Of a stretch of DNA of 64,000 nt, positions 27,585 through 37,229 are shown piece after piece. Origin of the DNA: an uncultured Collinsella sp. (GTDB taxonomy: Bacteria; Actinomycetota; Coriobacteriia; Coriobacteriales; Coriobacteriaceae); contig UQSC01000001.1 of assembly GCA_900543615.1 (NCBI GenBank), forward strand, positions 17,684 to 81,683, read 5' to 3'. Below the pieces are notes generated by a model. It ran no database searches. It was not told the origin of the DNA and saw only the letters and a list, made by a program, of their open reading frames with translations. Positions within the stretch are counted from its first letter, which is position 1; every line of letters starts with the position of its first letter. The position numbers and the translations under genes were made by a program.

Positions 27585-28925
27585 ATGCTTACTACCAAGG
27601 AAGCCGCCGAGCTGCTCGGCATCACTCCGCGCAGGGTGCAGGAGCTCATAAAAAACGGAGCACTTGAGGCCCGCAAGGCTTCTGGTGTATGGCTCATCGA
27701 CAAAGACAGCGTCGACACGCGACTCCGCTCCGTGACCAAAACGGGGGGACGTCCCCGCCGCGGCCACGGTAAGAGCGAGATCGCGTTCACCCTCATGAAT
27801 CGCACGCACGAGGTCGCTCAGCTGGTCTACAGCACATCGCGAAAAGACTTTACCCACATCGGTGCCGACATCGATTACGCCCACGCCCCTATTGGAGTAT
27901 TTGGCCCTAATAGCCCCATATCGCTCGACTCCTTCCGCATCTGGTGGCGCAGCCGCGGTATCCCGCTCGCACGCATTGGGCTTGCCTCCCTGCTTGCAGA
28001 AGCCGCAGTCGATGTTCCCGATGAACTCGTACAGCGAAATCTTGGCCTCTCCTTATCCGACCAGTATTGGATTAGGCCCCAAGACTCCGGCCTCGCGTGG
28101 GAAGATATCAATTTCTTCAATAATGCCTTTGATGACGTCTCGCTAACCATTGCACCCTTCGCCCCAGAGGGTAAAGCAGCCGCCGCAAAACCCGATAACA
28201 CCTCGGACGGCAATCTTCAAAAGTACTGGACGTGCGAGGGCGAACGTCGAATTCTGCATAAGGCAGGAGCGCACCTGAACCAGGAACCTTATAACGAGCT
28301 GGTGGCGACCACGCTCCACCGTCGCATCCTAAACGCCTGCGATTATGTACCTTACTCGCTCGAAGGCACGGGCACTTCCGCCCTGAGCATATGCGATGTC
28401 TTCTTAACTGATGAAGAAGAGTATGTCCCTGCGTTCTATGTAAACCAGCACGCAAACGCAGACGAACGGCTAACCGACTACGAGCGATATGTAGCAAACT
28501 GCGAGGAGCTCGGGGCGACAGGCGTCAAGGATGCCCTTGACCGTATGATCGTATGTGACGACATCATCGCCAACTATGACCGCCATTGGCGTAACTTTGG
28601 CCTTGTGCGAAACGTAAACACGCAAGCCTGCAGACCTGCCCCCATCTTCGATTCGGGCTCATCGCTCTGGTGCAACATATCACTAGAGGAGCTTAGGGCG
28701 GGAGAGCACAGTTTTTCCAGCGCACAATTTCATTCAAGCCCCGCCAAACAAATGTTGCTCGTCGAGGACATGGGCTGGTTTGACGGCGACAAACTCGAAG
28801 GCTTCGTTGACGAGGCAATCGAGATTCTGTCTAAAAACGATGCTCTAACAGCGAGACTGCCTTATCTAAAAGAGGCGCTAACGTGGCGCCTCAAAAGAAT
28901 GATCAACATCGCTGAATGGAGTTAG
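27585..28925 (+). CDS. Excisionase-type HTH fused to a HipA-like Ser/Thr kinase
   Basis: MLTTKEAAELLGITPRRVQEL (HTH_17-like); TSDGNLQKYW, EPYNE, DDIIANYDRHWRNFG and APIFDSGSSL kinase motifs. Confidence 0.85.
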   Translation: MLTTKEAAELLGITPRRVQELIKNGALEARKASGVWLIDKDSVDTRLRSVTKTGGRPRRGHGKSEIAFTLMNRTHEVAQLVYSTSRKDFTHIGADIDYAHAPIGVFGPNSPISLDSFRIWWRSRGIPLARIGLASLLAEAAVDVPDELVQRNLGLSLSDQYWIRPQDSGLAWEDINFFNNAFDDVSLTIAPFAPEGKAAAAKPDNTSDGNLQKYWTCEGERRILHKAGAHLNQEPYNELVATTLHRRILNACDYVPYSLEGTGTSALSICDVFLTDEEEYVPAFYVNQHANADERLTDYERYVANCEELGATGVKDALDRMIVCDDIIANYDRHWRNFGLVRNVNTQACRPAPIFDSGSSLWCNISLEELRAGEHSFSSAQFHSSPAKQMLLVEDMGWFDGDKLEGFVDEAIEILSKNDALTARLPYLKEALTWRLKRMINIAEWS

Positions 28926-28952
28926 CAAGGCAGCATTGCCCCGCCAACTCCC

Positions 28953-29630
28953 CTACCGTCCGCGCAACGCCTTGAGCTTGGCCAGGGTATCGGGGCTCAG
29001 GCGGCTGCCCAGAGTCATCTTGATCTGCGGAGCTTCCTCTGCCTCGTGAACGTCGTTATCGATCTGTTTGATCTCGTCCACCAGCATACGGCTCGAGATG
29101 CGCGTGACGCCCTTGCCCATGACGACGGCCTGTATTGTGCCGTCACTCGATACCACGGAGCACGCGCGGCCTTCCTCGCGCGCCTCGATGCAGAGCTTCT
29201 GCACCACGGTATCGGCAGAGACGCCCGTCGGCGAAAACTCGATGCGCACGCCGCGGGCCGGCAGGTTGGGGCGCTCGTTGGAGATATTGCCCGCGCCGTC
29301 GAACACGATCACGGCCTCGTAGCGGCCCTGGGCAAACGCGGCAACGTCGTTGATGAGAGCGGTGCGCGCCATATCGTGAACGTCGCTGGAATACGGATCG
29401 TCGGAATGGTCGTAGACGAGCTTTTCGTAGCGCGGCGTGCAGTGAATCACGTTGTAACCGTCGACCACCAGCAGCTCGGGCTTGTTGGAGTGCACCGTCG
29501 AGACTGGGTCGGCGATAGCCTGCGCAAACGCATTGCCGCCCACGCCGTAGGTCGCGGCCGAAACAATCGGCTTGGCCGAGCCCTCGCCAAAGCGCTTGGC
29601 CTTGGACTTGGCGCGGTTCTTCTTGGACAT
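28953..29630 (-). CDS. NYN-domain ribonuclease (YacP/Rae1-like)
   Basis: VVDGYNVI, VFDG, SAD and VVSSD motifs; follows rlmB as in Bacillus. Confidence 0.88.
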   Translation of the reverse strand: MSKKNRAKSKAKRFGEGSAKPIVSAATYGVGGNAFAQAIADPVSTVHSNKPELLVVDGYNVIHCTPRYEKLVYDHSDDPYSSDVHDMARTALINDVAAFAQGRYEAVIVFDGAGNISNERPNLPARGVRIEFSPTGVSADTVVQKLCIEAREEGRACSVVSSDGTIQAVVMGKGVTRISSRMLVDEIKQIDNDVHEAEEAPQIKMTLGSRLSPDTLAKLKALRGR

Positions 29631-29633
29631 GCG

Positions 29634-30548
29634 TTACTCCTCCCCCATGAGCTCGCCGGCGTTGCGGCGTAGCCACTCAAAGCACAGCGCCGTGGTCGCC
29701 TGAGCAACATTGAGGCTCTCGGTCATGCCGCGCTGGGGAAGCTTGGTCAAAAAGTCGCATTTCTCGAGCACCAGGCGCGAGATGCCGTCGCCCTCGGAGC
29801 CCATGACGAGCGCCACGCGGCCCTCGAAGGGAGCATCCCAGCAACTACCTTCGGCGTGCTCGGAGGCACCGCCCACCCAAAAGCCAGCGGCCTTAAGACC
29901 ATCGAGCGCACGGGCGATGTTGGGCACCTGTGCGATAGGCAGATGCATGACGGCGCCGGCTGAAGTCTTGTAGCTGCCCACGGTCACGCCGGCGGCACGC
30001 TTGTTGGCGATGATGACGCCGGCCGCGCCCACAACCTCGGCGGAGCGCACGATGGCGCCAAAGTTGCCGTCGTCAGTCACATGGTCGAGCACGACGACGA
30101 GCGCCGGTCCGTCACCCGCGCGGTCGAGAATGTCGGCGACATCGGCGTAAGGGAAGTTGCCAACCTCGAGCGCAACGCCCTGGTGAGCGCCGTGGCTCGA
30201 TAGCGCATCGAGCCGTGCGCGTAGCACGTACTTAATGCGGACACCCGCGGCGTTGAGATCGTTGACCAGGCGCGACAAGGCGGCATCGCGCTCCCCGCCC
30301 TCGGCAATGAGCGCGCACTTGATGGGAAAACCAGTGCGTAGCGCCTCGGCGGCGGCACGACGACCTTCGATAAACTCGCCCTTGGGAGCCTGGACAGCGT
30401 CGCGGTTGCGATCGCGCTGCGGACGTGCGGCCTGGGTGCGATCGCGCTGGCCCTTGGGAGCGGCAGCGCGGTCATTGCGGCGAATCGGACGCGAGCCAGA
30501 AGCAGCCTGCTTGCCGCCACGAGGCGCACGCTTGCGATTGTCGGCCAT
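29634..30548 (-). CDS. rlmB: 23S rRNA Gm2251 methyltransferase (SPOUT)
   Basis: HQGV, NFGAIVRSA, GSEGDG and ESLNVA. Confidence 0.92.
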   Translation of the reverse strand: MADNRKRAPRGGKQAASGSRPIRRNDRAAAPKGQRDRTQAARPQRDRNRDAVQAPKGEFIEGRRAAAEALRTGFPIKCALIAEGGERDAALSRLVNDLNAAGVRIKYVLRARLDALSSHGAHQGVALEVGNFPYADVADILDRAGDGPALVVVLDHVTDDGNFGAIVRSAEVVGAAGVIIANKRAAGVTVGSYKTSAGAVMHLPIAQVPNIARALDGLKAAGFWVGGASEHAEGSCWDAPFEGRVALVMGSEGDGISRLVLEKCDFLTKLPQRGMTESLNVAQATTALCFEWLRRNAGELMGEE

Positions 30549-30691
30549 AAAACGGCCTCCTTAAATAGATAACGAACAAGAATCGACCGTCCGAGCCACG
30601 GCACCTTGCCTTTCAATCGTCGGGCATGACCACCAGGTCTATGCCCTCCTCTTTCAAGGCAATCTGCCGCACCTCGAACGGTCGACAAATA

Positions 30692-32158
30692 CTAGAGACT
30701 CTTAATACGAGTGCCCGCGGCAGTATCCTCAATGGTGAGGCCCAGGTCCTTGAGCTGGTCGCGGATGGCATCTGCCAGATCCCAGTTCTTGGCGGCACGG
30801 GCCTCGGCGCGGGCCTCGAGAATCTTGGCAGCAGCCTCGTCCACGTCGTCGCCCGTGTAGGCGACCAGGCCGGCGGCAACGCCCAGCAGGCCCAGCGGCA
30901 GCTCGACCTTGGGCTCGGGAAGCTCGACGCCAAACGTATCGAGCAGCTCGACCAGCGTATCGGCGGCGGCCAGGGCAGCGGCCTTGTCGACAGCATCGCC
31001 CGCCTGCTCCAGGTACTGGTTGCACTCGGTCACAAAGCCAAAGACAGCACCCATGGCACCGGCGGTGTTAAAGTCGTCATCCATGCACTCCTTAAAGGTG
31101 GTGCGGGTCTCGGCGGCCTTGGCGGCAAACGCCTCGGCAGCCGCTTCGTCGGCATCGGCCGTCGCGTGGTTCGCGGCCCAACGCAGGTTCTCGACCGTAC
31201 CGGCGATACGCGTGAGCGAGTTCTCGGCACCCTCCAGGCGCTCCCAGGAGAAGTCGAGCGGCGAGCGATAGCTCGTCTGCAGCATCAGCAGGCGCAGGGC
31301 GGCAGCGGAGTGCTGCTCGAGGACCTCGGCCAGCGTAAAGAAGTTGCCGAGCGACTTGGACATCTTCTCGCCGTCTACCAGCAGCATGCCCGTGTGCATC
31401 CAGGTGTTGGAGAAGCCCTGGTGCCAGGCGCAGGTGGCCTGGGCGCACTCGTTCTCGTGATGCGGGAAGGCAAGGTCGGAGCCGCCGCCGTGGATGTCGA
31501 TCGGAGTGCCCAGGTAGCGATGCACCATGGCGGCGCACTCGGTGTGCCAACCGGGACGGCCCTCGCCCCAGGGGCTCGGCCAGCTGGGCTCGCCGGGCTT
31601 GGCGGCCTTCCACAGGGCAAAGTCGAGCGGGTCGTTCTTGTCCTCGTTCTCCTCGATACGCGCACCAACCATAAGGTCATCGATGTTGCGGCCCGAGACC
31701 TGGCCATAGTTGGGATCGCTGCGCACAGCAAAGTACACGTCGCCGTTATCGGCTGCGTAAGCGTGGCCCTGCTCGATAAGCGTCTTGATCATGGCGATCA
31801 TGGGGCCGATCTCCTTGGTGGCGCGGGGGCGCACATCGGGATCGAGCACGTTGGCGGCGCGCATGACGCCGATGAACTTGTCGGAGAACTCCGTCGCGAC
31901 CTCGGCGGCCGTACGGCCCTGCTCGTTGGCGCGCTTGATGATCTTGTCGTCGACATCGGTGAGGTTCTGGGCGAACGTGACCTCGTAACCGCTCGCGATG
32001 AGCCAGCGGCGAATCACGTCAAAGCTGATGAACGTACGGGCGTTGCCGATGTGGATGTTGTCGTAGACCGTGGGGCCGCACACGTACATGCGGACCTTGC
32101 CGGACTCGATGGGCTGGAACTCTTCCTTTTTATGGGTAGCGCTGTTGTAGATACGCAT
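30692..32158 (-). CDS. cysS: Cysteine--tRNA ligase
   Basis: CGPTVY, HIGN, GRPGWHTEC and KMSKS. Confidence 0.98.
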   Translation of the reverse strand: MRIYNSATHKKEEFQPIESGKVRMYVCGPTVYDNIHIGNARTFISFDVIRRWLIASGYEVTFAQNLTDVDDKIIKRANEQGRTAAEVATEFSDKFIGVMRAANVLDPDVRPRATKEIGPMIAMIKTLIEQGHAYAADNGDVYFAVRSDPNYGQVSGRNIDDLMVGARIEENEDKNDPLDFALWKAAKPGEPSWPSPWGEGRPGWHTECAAMVHRYLGTPIDIHGGGSDLAFPHHENECAQATCAWHQGFSNTWMHTGMLLVDGEKMSKSLGNFFTLAEVLEQHSAAALRLLMLQTSYRSPLDFSWERLEGAENSLTRIAGTVENLRWAANHATADADEAAAEAFAAKAAETRTTFKECMDDDFNTAGAMGAVFGFVTECNQYLEQAGDAVDKAAALAAADTLVELLDTFGVELPEPKVELPLGLLGVAAGLVAYTGDDVDEAAAKILEARAEARAAKNWDLADAIRDQLKDLGLTIEDTAAGTRIKSL

Positions 32159-32161
32159 TCG

Positions 32162-32656
32162 TTACTCCTTAACGGTTTTCTGTAGCAGGCAGACGGCCCA
32201 GGCGCCGATTCCCTCGCCCTGGCCTTCCCAACCGAGCTTTTCGGTCGTAGTGGCGGCGACGCCCACGTTTTCGACGTCAACGCCCAGGGCATGGGCAAGG
32301 TTGGCGCGCATGGCATCGCGATACGGGGTGATCTTAGGCTGCTGGCAGGCAATGGTGCAATCGGCATCGACAAACTCAAAGCCCAGCTCACGCGCATAGT
32401 CCATCACGCGGGCAAGCAGCACCATCGAATCGGCACCCTCGTAGGCGGGATCGGTGTCGGGGAATAGCTTGCCGATGTCTCCCCCACGGCAGGCGCCCAG
32501 AATGGCGTCGGCCAAGGCGTGCGCGAGCACATCGGCATCCGAGTGACCCAGCAGGCCGCGCTCGTAGGGAATGTCGACACCGCCGATGATACATCGACGC
32601 CCCTCCACCAGACGGTGAACGTCGTAGCCATGGCCAATGCGCAGGTTACTGAACAT
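32162..32656 (-). CDS. ispF: 2-C-methyl-D-erythritol 2,4-cyclodiphosphate synthase
   Basis: RIGHGYDVH, GHSDADV, GDIG and TTTEKLG. Confidence 0.96.
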   Translation of the reverse strand: MFSNLRIGHGYDVHRLVEGRRCIIGGVDIPYERGLLGHSDADVLAHALADAILGACRGGDIGKLFPDTDPAYEGADSMVLLARVMDYARELGFEFVDADCTIACQQPKITPYRDAMRANLAHALGVDVENVGVAATTTEKLGWEGQGEGIGAWAVCLLQKTVKE

Positions 32657-33374
32657 GGGGAAGGTCCTCTCCCTCGGCCATGCGGCCAAGCAGAATCGCG
32701 GTTACGGGACGCAGGTCCTCGGGCACCGTCACCTTAAGGTTATCGCGTGGGCTCTGGACGCAGCGGACGCGCCCACCCATGCGCTCGACCAGCGACGAAT
32801 CATCGGTACCGATAAAGCCCTCGGCAATGGCTGCAGCGTGGGCGCGCTTCACAGCATCGACGCTAAAGATCTGCGGCGTCTGCGCTGCCCAGTAGAGCTC
32901 ACGCGGCGGCGTCTCGACGATATTATCGCCGTCAACGATCTTGAGCGTGTCGATCGCGGGCTGACCGCACACGACACCGTCGAGGGCACGGTCGCTCACG
33001 AGCACGTCGATAGCGTGGTCGATGGCCTCGGTCGTAATGAGCGGACGAGCGCCGTCGTGGATGGCGACATATTCGAAACCCGCCGGAACCGCATGCACGC
33101 CGGCACGGGTGGAATCCTGACGGGTATCGCCGGCATCGGCAAAGCTGATGGGCGTGTCATAGTCAAACGGGTCAATGGCCAGGCGGCGCATCTCGGCACG
33201 GCGCTCGGCAGGGCAAACCACGACGATATGGCCGACCTTATCGCTACGATCGAACGCGCGGATGGACCAGCTCATGAGCGGACGGCCCGCCACATTAACG
33301 AGCTGCTTGCCGCCGGGATTTCCAAAGCGCTGGCCGCTGCCGCCGGCAACGACCACGGCGCATACGGGCGCCAT
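32646..33374 (-). CDS. ispD: 2-C-methyl-D-erythritol 4-phosphate cytidylyltransferase
   Basis: AGGSGQRF, IHDGARP, QTPQ, TDD and NLKVT. Confidence 0.96.
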   Translation of the reverse strand: MAPVCAVVVAGGSGQRFGNPGGKQLVNVAGRPLMSWSIRAFDRSDKVGHIVVVCPAERRAEMRRLAIDPFDYDTPISFADAGDTRQDSTRAGVHAVPAGFEYVAIHDGARPLITTEAIDHAIDVLVSDRALDGVVCGQPAIDTLKIVDGDNIVETPPRELYWAAQTPQIFSVDAVKRAHAAAIAEGFIGTDDSSLVERMGGRVRCVQSPRDNLKVTVPEDLRPVTAILLGRMAEGEDLPHVQ

Positions 33375-34441
33375 TATGCGTTCCCCTGTTTGGTGCCCTT
33401 CATGCGGTACAGCGAGTCCGCAAGAATGGCAGGGTTGTTGACGCCAAAGTCGCCCAGGCGCTCCGGATCCTCGCTGATGTCGTCCATGAGCTCCTGCAGC
33501 GAGCCGTACTCGTCGACGATCTTCTCGGCCACGCCGTCGCGCACGACGGACACGCGCGAAAGCGTGCGCAGGCCCAGCGGCGTCATGACGGAGTCCTCGT
33601 CCAAGTCGTCATAGCCCAGAACTGCCGCCACGTGCTGCGGGTCGGACAGGTCCTTAGGCGTCATACGGCTCAGCTCGGCGCGAATCTTCTCGGCGTTGGC
33701 CTCAGAGGAATCGCTCGCGTAGTCGCGGATCATCAAGTCGTATTCGGTATCCATGCTGGAGCCCGCGAGCTGCTCGAGCTGCATCTGCACGAGCTTACCC
33801 TGGTTACCCAGCTTGACAATGCAATCCTTAAGCTCGGTCTTTGCCTGCTGCATGATCTCGAAGCTCGAGAAAATACCGGTAATGTCGGCGAGTGTGACGT
33901 AGTCGTCGAGCTCGAGGGCCGTCAGGCGCAGCAGGGAGCGATCGAGCGACTGACGGGTAGTCTGGAGCGTGGCGACGAGCTGGTTGACCGAGCTCATGAT
34001 GGTGGTGACGGGCTGGATCTCGTAGCTCTTGCCGTGGACGTACACGTTGACGACGGCGCGACGAGCCGAAACCGAGATCACGATGGCATCGGTGAGCACC
34101 GACATGCGAGCGGCAGTACGGTGACGCATGCCCGTCTCACTCGTGGCGAGCGAGGGATCGGGATTGAGGTGGAAGTTGGCGCGCAGGATCTGGGTGAGGT
34201 CGCCATCGATAACGATGGCGCCGTCCATCTTGGAAAGCTCGAACAGGCGGTTCGAGGTAAACGAAATGTTGAGCGGGAAGCCGTCGTTACCGGCAGCGAG
34301 CACGTTTTCGGTGTCGCCGACGCAGATAAGGGCGCCCAGGTGACCGGCGATGATCATGTCGAGGGCGGTGCGGACCGGCTGACCAGGTGCCGTCAGGCGG
34401 ATGGCCTGTTCCATACGCTTTTGCAGCTCGTTCTTATCCAA
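33374..34441 (-). CDS. disA: DNA integrity scanning diadenylate cyclase
   Basis: KMDGA and ETGMRHRTA DAC motifs plus linker and HhH-like C-terminus; TTG start. Confidence 0.93.
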   Translation of the reverse strand: MDKNELQKRMEQAIRLTAPGQPVRTALDMIIAGHLGALICVGDTENVLAAGNDGFPLNISFTSNRLFELSKMDGAIVIDGDLTQILRANFHLNPDPSLATSETGMRHRTAARMSVLTDAIVISVSARRAVVNVYVHGKSYEIQPVTTIMSSVNQLVATLQTTRQSLDRSLLRLTALELDDYVTLADITGIFSSFEIMQQAKTELKDCIVKLGNQGKLVQMQLEQLAGSSMDTEYDLMIRDYASDSSEANAEKIRAELSRMTPKDLSDPQHVAAVLGYDDLDEDSVMTPLGLRTLSRVSVVRDGVAEKIVDEYGSLQELMDDISEDPERLGDFGVNNPAILADSLYRMKGTKQGNA

Positions 34442-34599
34442 GGCATCGCTCCCATCGTATACGCTCCATAAACGCTAAATAGTTTCTCACGGTTTGTCCC
34501 TGCGGCGCTTGCGAAATCCGATGCTTACAGAATGAGCGAACACAGCTGAGAGCCCAACCCAAATCAGCTGTTCATGTGGTAGCATCGGGATTCGCATAA

Positions 34600-34735
34600 A
34601 TGAGGGAGTAGTCGCGTGATCGGGTTCGCCTCCGGTGGCGCGGCAAGTCAACACACTGGCCGATGCGGCCTGGCTTGCCTTAATGAACGAGACTCGTGGC
34701 TGTGCGCGCAACGCGTACGCCACGGGTCTTTTTTG
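34600..34735 (+). ncRNA. yybP-ykoY (manganese) riboswitch with overlapping terminator
   Basis: GAGGGAGTAG...GTCAACAC...CGAGACTC; the 3' strand overlaps the CTCGTGGC...GCCACGGGTCTTTTTT terminator; upstream of mntP. Confidence 0.85.
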
Positions 34736-34787
34736 TTACTCCCCCAAGAGGTACACGCGGGCCCGCCCGCAGAGAGGGAGCCAGACT

Positions 34788-35366
34788 ATGGGACTCGCAG
34801 AGCTTGTGTTGCTCGCTATCGGCCTTTCTATGGACGCTTTTGCCGTATCCATCTGCAAGGGCCTTGGCATGAAAAGGATCAACCTTAAGGTCGCCGTGAT
34901 ACTCGGCCTGTTCTTTGGCGGTTTCCAGGCCGGCATGCCCGTAATTGGGTGGGCCCTTGGTAGCCAGTTCATGGGCATCATCAGCCCCATCGACCACTGG
35001 ATCGCCTTTATCCTGCTCGCCTTTATCGGCGGCAAGATGCTGTGGGAAGCCTTTACTGAGGACGAGAACGAAGGCGACGGCAAGGATGCCGAAAAGATCG
35101 ACCTGGGCGAATATCTAATCCTTGCCATCGCCACCTCGATTGACGCGCTTGCCGTGGGCATCTCGTTTGCCGCGCTCTCGGTCGATATCGTTCCCGCCGT
35201 GTCGCTCATTGGCATCACGACCTTTGTCTTCTCCGTTGCCGGCGTAGCGATCGGCCACACCTTTGGCGCGCGCTACGAAAAGCCCGCCACCATCGTGGGT
35301 GGCGTCGTGCTCGTCCTCATCGGGCTTAAGATCTTGCTTGAGCACCTCGGGATCCTCGCACTGTAA
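34788..35366 (+). CDS. mntP: Manganese efflux pump MntP family
   Basis: LSMDAFAVSI.KG, FQAGMP and ATSIDALAVG. Confidence 0.93.
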   Translation: MGLAELVLLAIGLSMDAFAVSICKGLGMKRINLKVAVILGLFFGGFQAGMPVIGWALGSQFMGIISPIDHWIAFILLAFIGGKMLWEAFTEDENEGDGKDAEKIDLGEYLILAIATSIDALAVGISFAALSVDIVPAVSLIGITTFVFSVAGVAIGHTFGARYEKPATIVGGVVLVLIGLKILLEHLGILAL

Positions 35367-35446
35367 CGAATAACGGCCGCCCGGCATTACGCCAGGCGGC
35401 CGTTTTCATAGCCAGCCGTTTTAGAGCGGCTTAACCAAGGCGACCC

Positions 35447-36904
35447 TTACGCGGCAAGGCGCTTGAGGACGTCGATGAGCAGCTCGTAGAAGCGCTCGGC
35501 AGAAGCGAGCTCCATGCTCTCGTCCGGGGTGTGGACATCGGAGAGTGTCGGGCCCACGGCGATGGCGTCCAGACCGTGCAGGGCCTCGGCAAACAGGCCG
35601 CACTCAAGGCCGGCGTGAATGGACTCGATGCGCAGCTCGGAGCCAAAGAGTTCACGGTAGCTCTCGACAAAGACGTCGCGGACCGGCGAATGCTCGGCAT
35701 AGCTCCAGCCGGGATACTCGAACTCAAACTTAGCGTCGAAGCCCAGGACATCGGCCAGCATCTGCAGGCGGTCCTTGAACTCGTTCTGCAGCGAGGTGAT
35801 CGAGGAGCGCGGGGACAGCATGATCTTGACCTGGTCGTCAGAGGTGGCAACCACACCGATGTTGGAGGAAACCTCGACGGAGCCGTCGGTGACGACGTTG
35901 CGGCGGATCACGCCGTTCGGGGCAAGACGCAGGGCGCGGATGAGGGCAAGCGCGGACTTCTCGTCCATAGCCTCGACCTTGGCGTCGTCGGCAATCTCGA
36001 CGGTGCAGGCAAAGCCGGGGTCGAAGACCTCGAGCTCGGCAGTGACGTCGGCGATGATGCCCTTTGCAATCTGGGCCGCGGCCTCGGCGCCAGCGTGGTC
36101 GGCGTAGACCAGAACAGCCTTGCACTCACGGTTGATGGCGTTGTCCTTGGTGCCGCCGTTAAAGCTGACGATGGCGGGCTCGCCGGCGACCATCAGGCGG
36201 TCGATGATACGGGCCATGATGAGGTTGCCGTTGCCGCGCTCCAGGTTGATGTCGGAGCCGGAGTGACCACCCAGCAGGCCGGAAATCTCGAGCGTAAGGG
36301 TGCTGCCGGTCTTGTGCTCGCGCACGATGGGGCAGGTGTAGGTAACGACGACGCCGCCGGCGCAGCTGACGGTTGCCACGCCTTCTTCCTCGGAGTCAAG
36401 GTTAATCATGGTGCGGGCGCTAATCTGGGACTTGTCGAGCGTCTCGGCGCCGACCAGGCCAGTCTCCTCGTCGGTGGTGAATACGCACTCGAGGGCGGGG
36501 TGAGCAATCGAATCGTCGTTGAGCACAGTAAGCATCAGAGCGACAGCAATGCCGTTGTCGGCGCCCAGGGTGGTGCCGTTAGCGGTGAGGACGCCGTCCT
36601 TGACGACCAGGTCGATACCATCGGTCGTAAAGTCGTGCTCAACAGAGCCCAGCTTGTCGCACACCATGTCGATGTGGCCCTGCAGCATCACGGTCGGGGC
36701 ATTCTCGGCGCCGGCAGAAGCGGGCTTGCGAATGATGACGTTGTAGACCTCGTCCTGGTACACATCGAGGCCGCGCTCCTTGGCAAACGCAACCAAGAAA
36801 TCGCTGATGCCCTTCTCGTTGCCAGACCCACGGGGGATCGCGCTGACCTCCTCAAAGAAATGGAACAGCTGGGCGGGCTCGTAGCCGGTAATCTTGTAGT
36901 CCAT
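35447..36904 (-). CDS. pepD: Aminoacyl-histidine dipeptidase (M20)
   Basis: LQGHIDMV, TTLGADNG, DEE, GGHSG, IHAGLECG and HTPDE. Confidence 0.92.
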   Translation of the reverse strand: MDYKITGYEPAQLFHFFEEVSAIPRGSGNEKGISDFLVAFAKERGLDVYQDEVYNVIIRKPASAGAENAPTVMLQGHIDMVCDKLGSVEHDFTTDGIDLVVKDGVLTANGTTLGADNGIAVALMLTVLNDDSIAHPALECVFTTDEETGLVGAETLDKSQISARTMINLDSEEEGVATVSCAGGVVVTYTCPIVREHKTGSTLTLEISGLLGGHSGSDINLERGNGNLIMARIIDRLMVAGEPAIVSFNGGTKDNAINRECKAVLVYADHAGAEAAAQIAKGIIADVTAELEVFDPGFACTVEIADDAKVEAMDEKSALALIRALRLAPNGVIRRNVVTDGSVEVSSNIGVVATSDDQVKIMLSPRSSITSLQNEFKDRLQMLADVLGFDAKFEFEYPGWSYAEHSPVRDVFVESYRELFGSELRIESIHAGLECGLFAEALHGLDAIAVGPTLSDVHTPDESMELASAERFYELLIDVLKRLAA

Positions 36905-37229
36905 GGTGCCTCCTTGGCGCAACTGGTTAGACAGTAAGACATGCGACTTGTATATTCCCAGACTTTGCGTGCATAAACCAGTCGAAAACGCCGAGCGCCC
37001 TTGCATCATCGGCTAACGGCGGGGAGACGCCACTTTATTAAGATAAAGCAGGTTAGACGGGCCGCGCCGAAGGGACATTGGACCCTTCAACCAACCTCAA
37101 CGCTTGATCAACGTTTATGCATACGCCATTGATGTGTTTAATGAGATCCACTTTGAACGAAGGGGCCTTTCCAACAGAAAAAGGGCGCTCCTTTGGAACG
37201 CCCTCGTGGACACAAGGTTTTGTTACGCC

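Noticed and set aside
27286..28952. Integrated element or prophage at tRNA-Thr carrying the HipA-like gene
   Set aside because: No integrase is present, I found no duplicated tRNA 3' end, and the gene lies on the 5' side of the tRNA.
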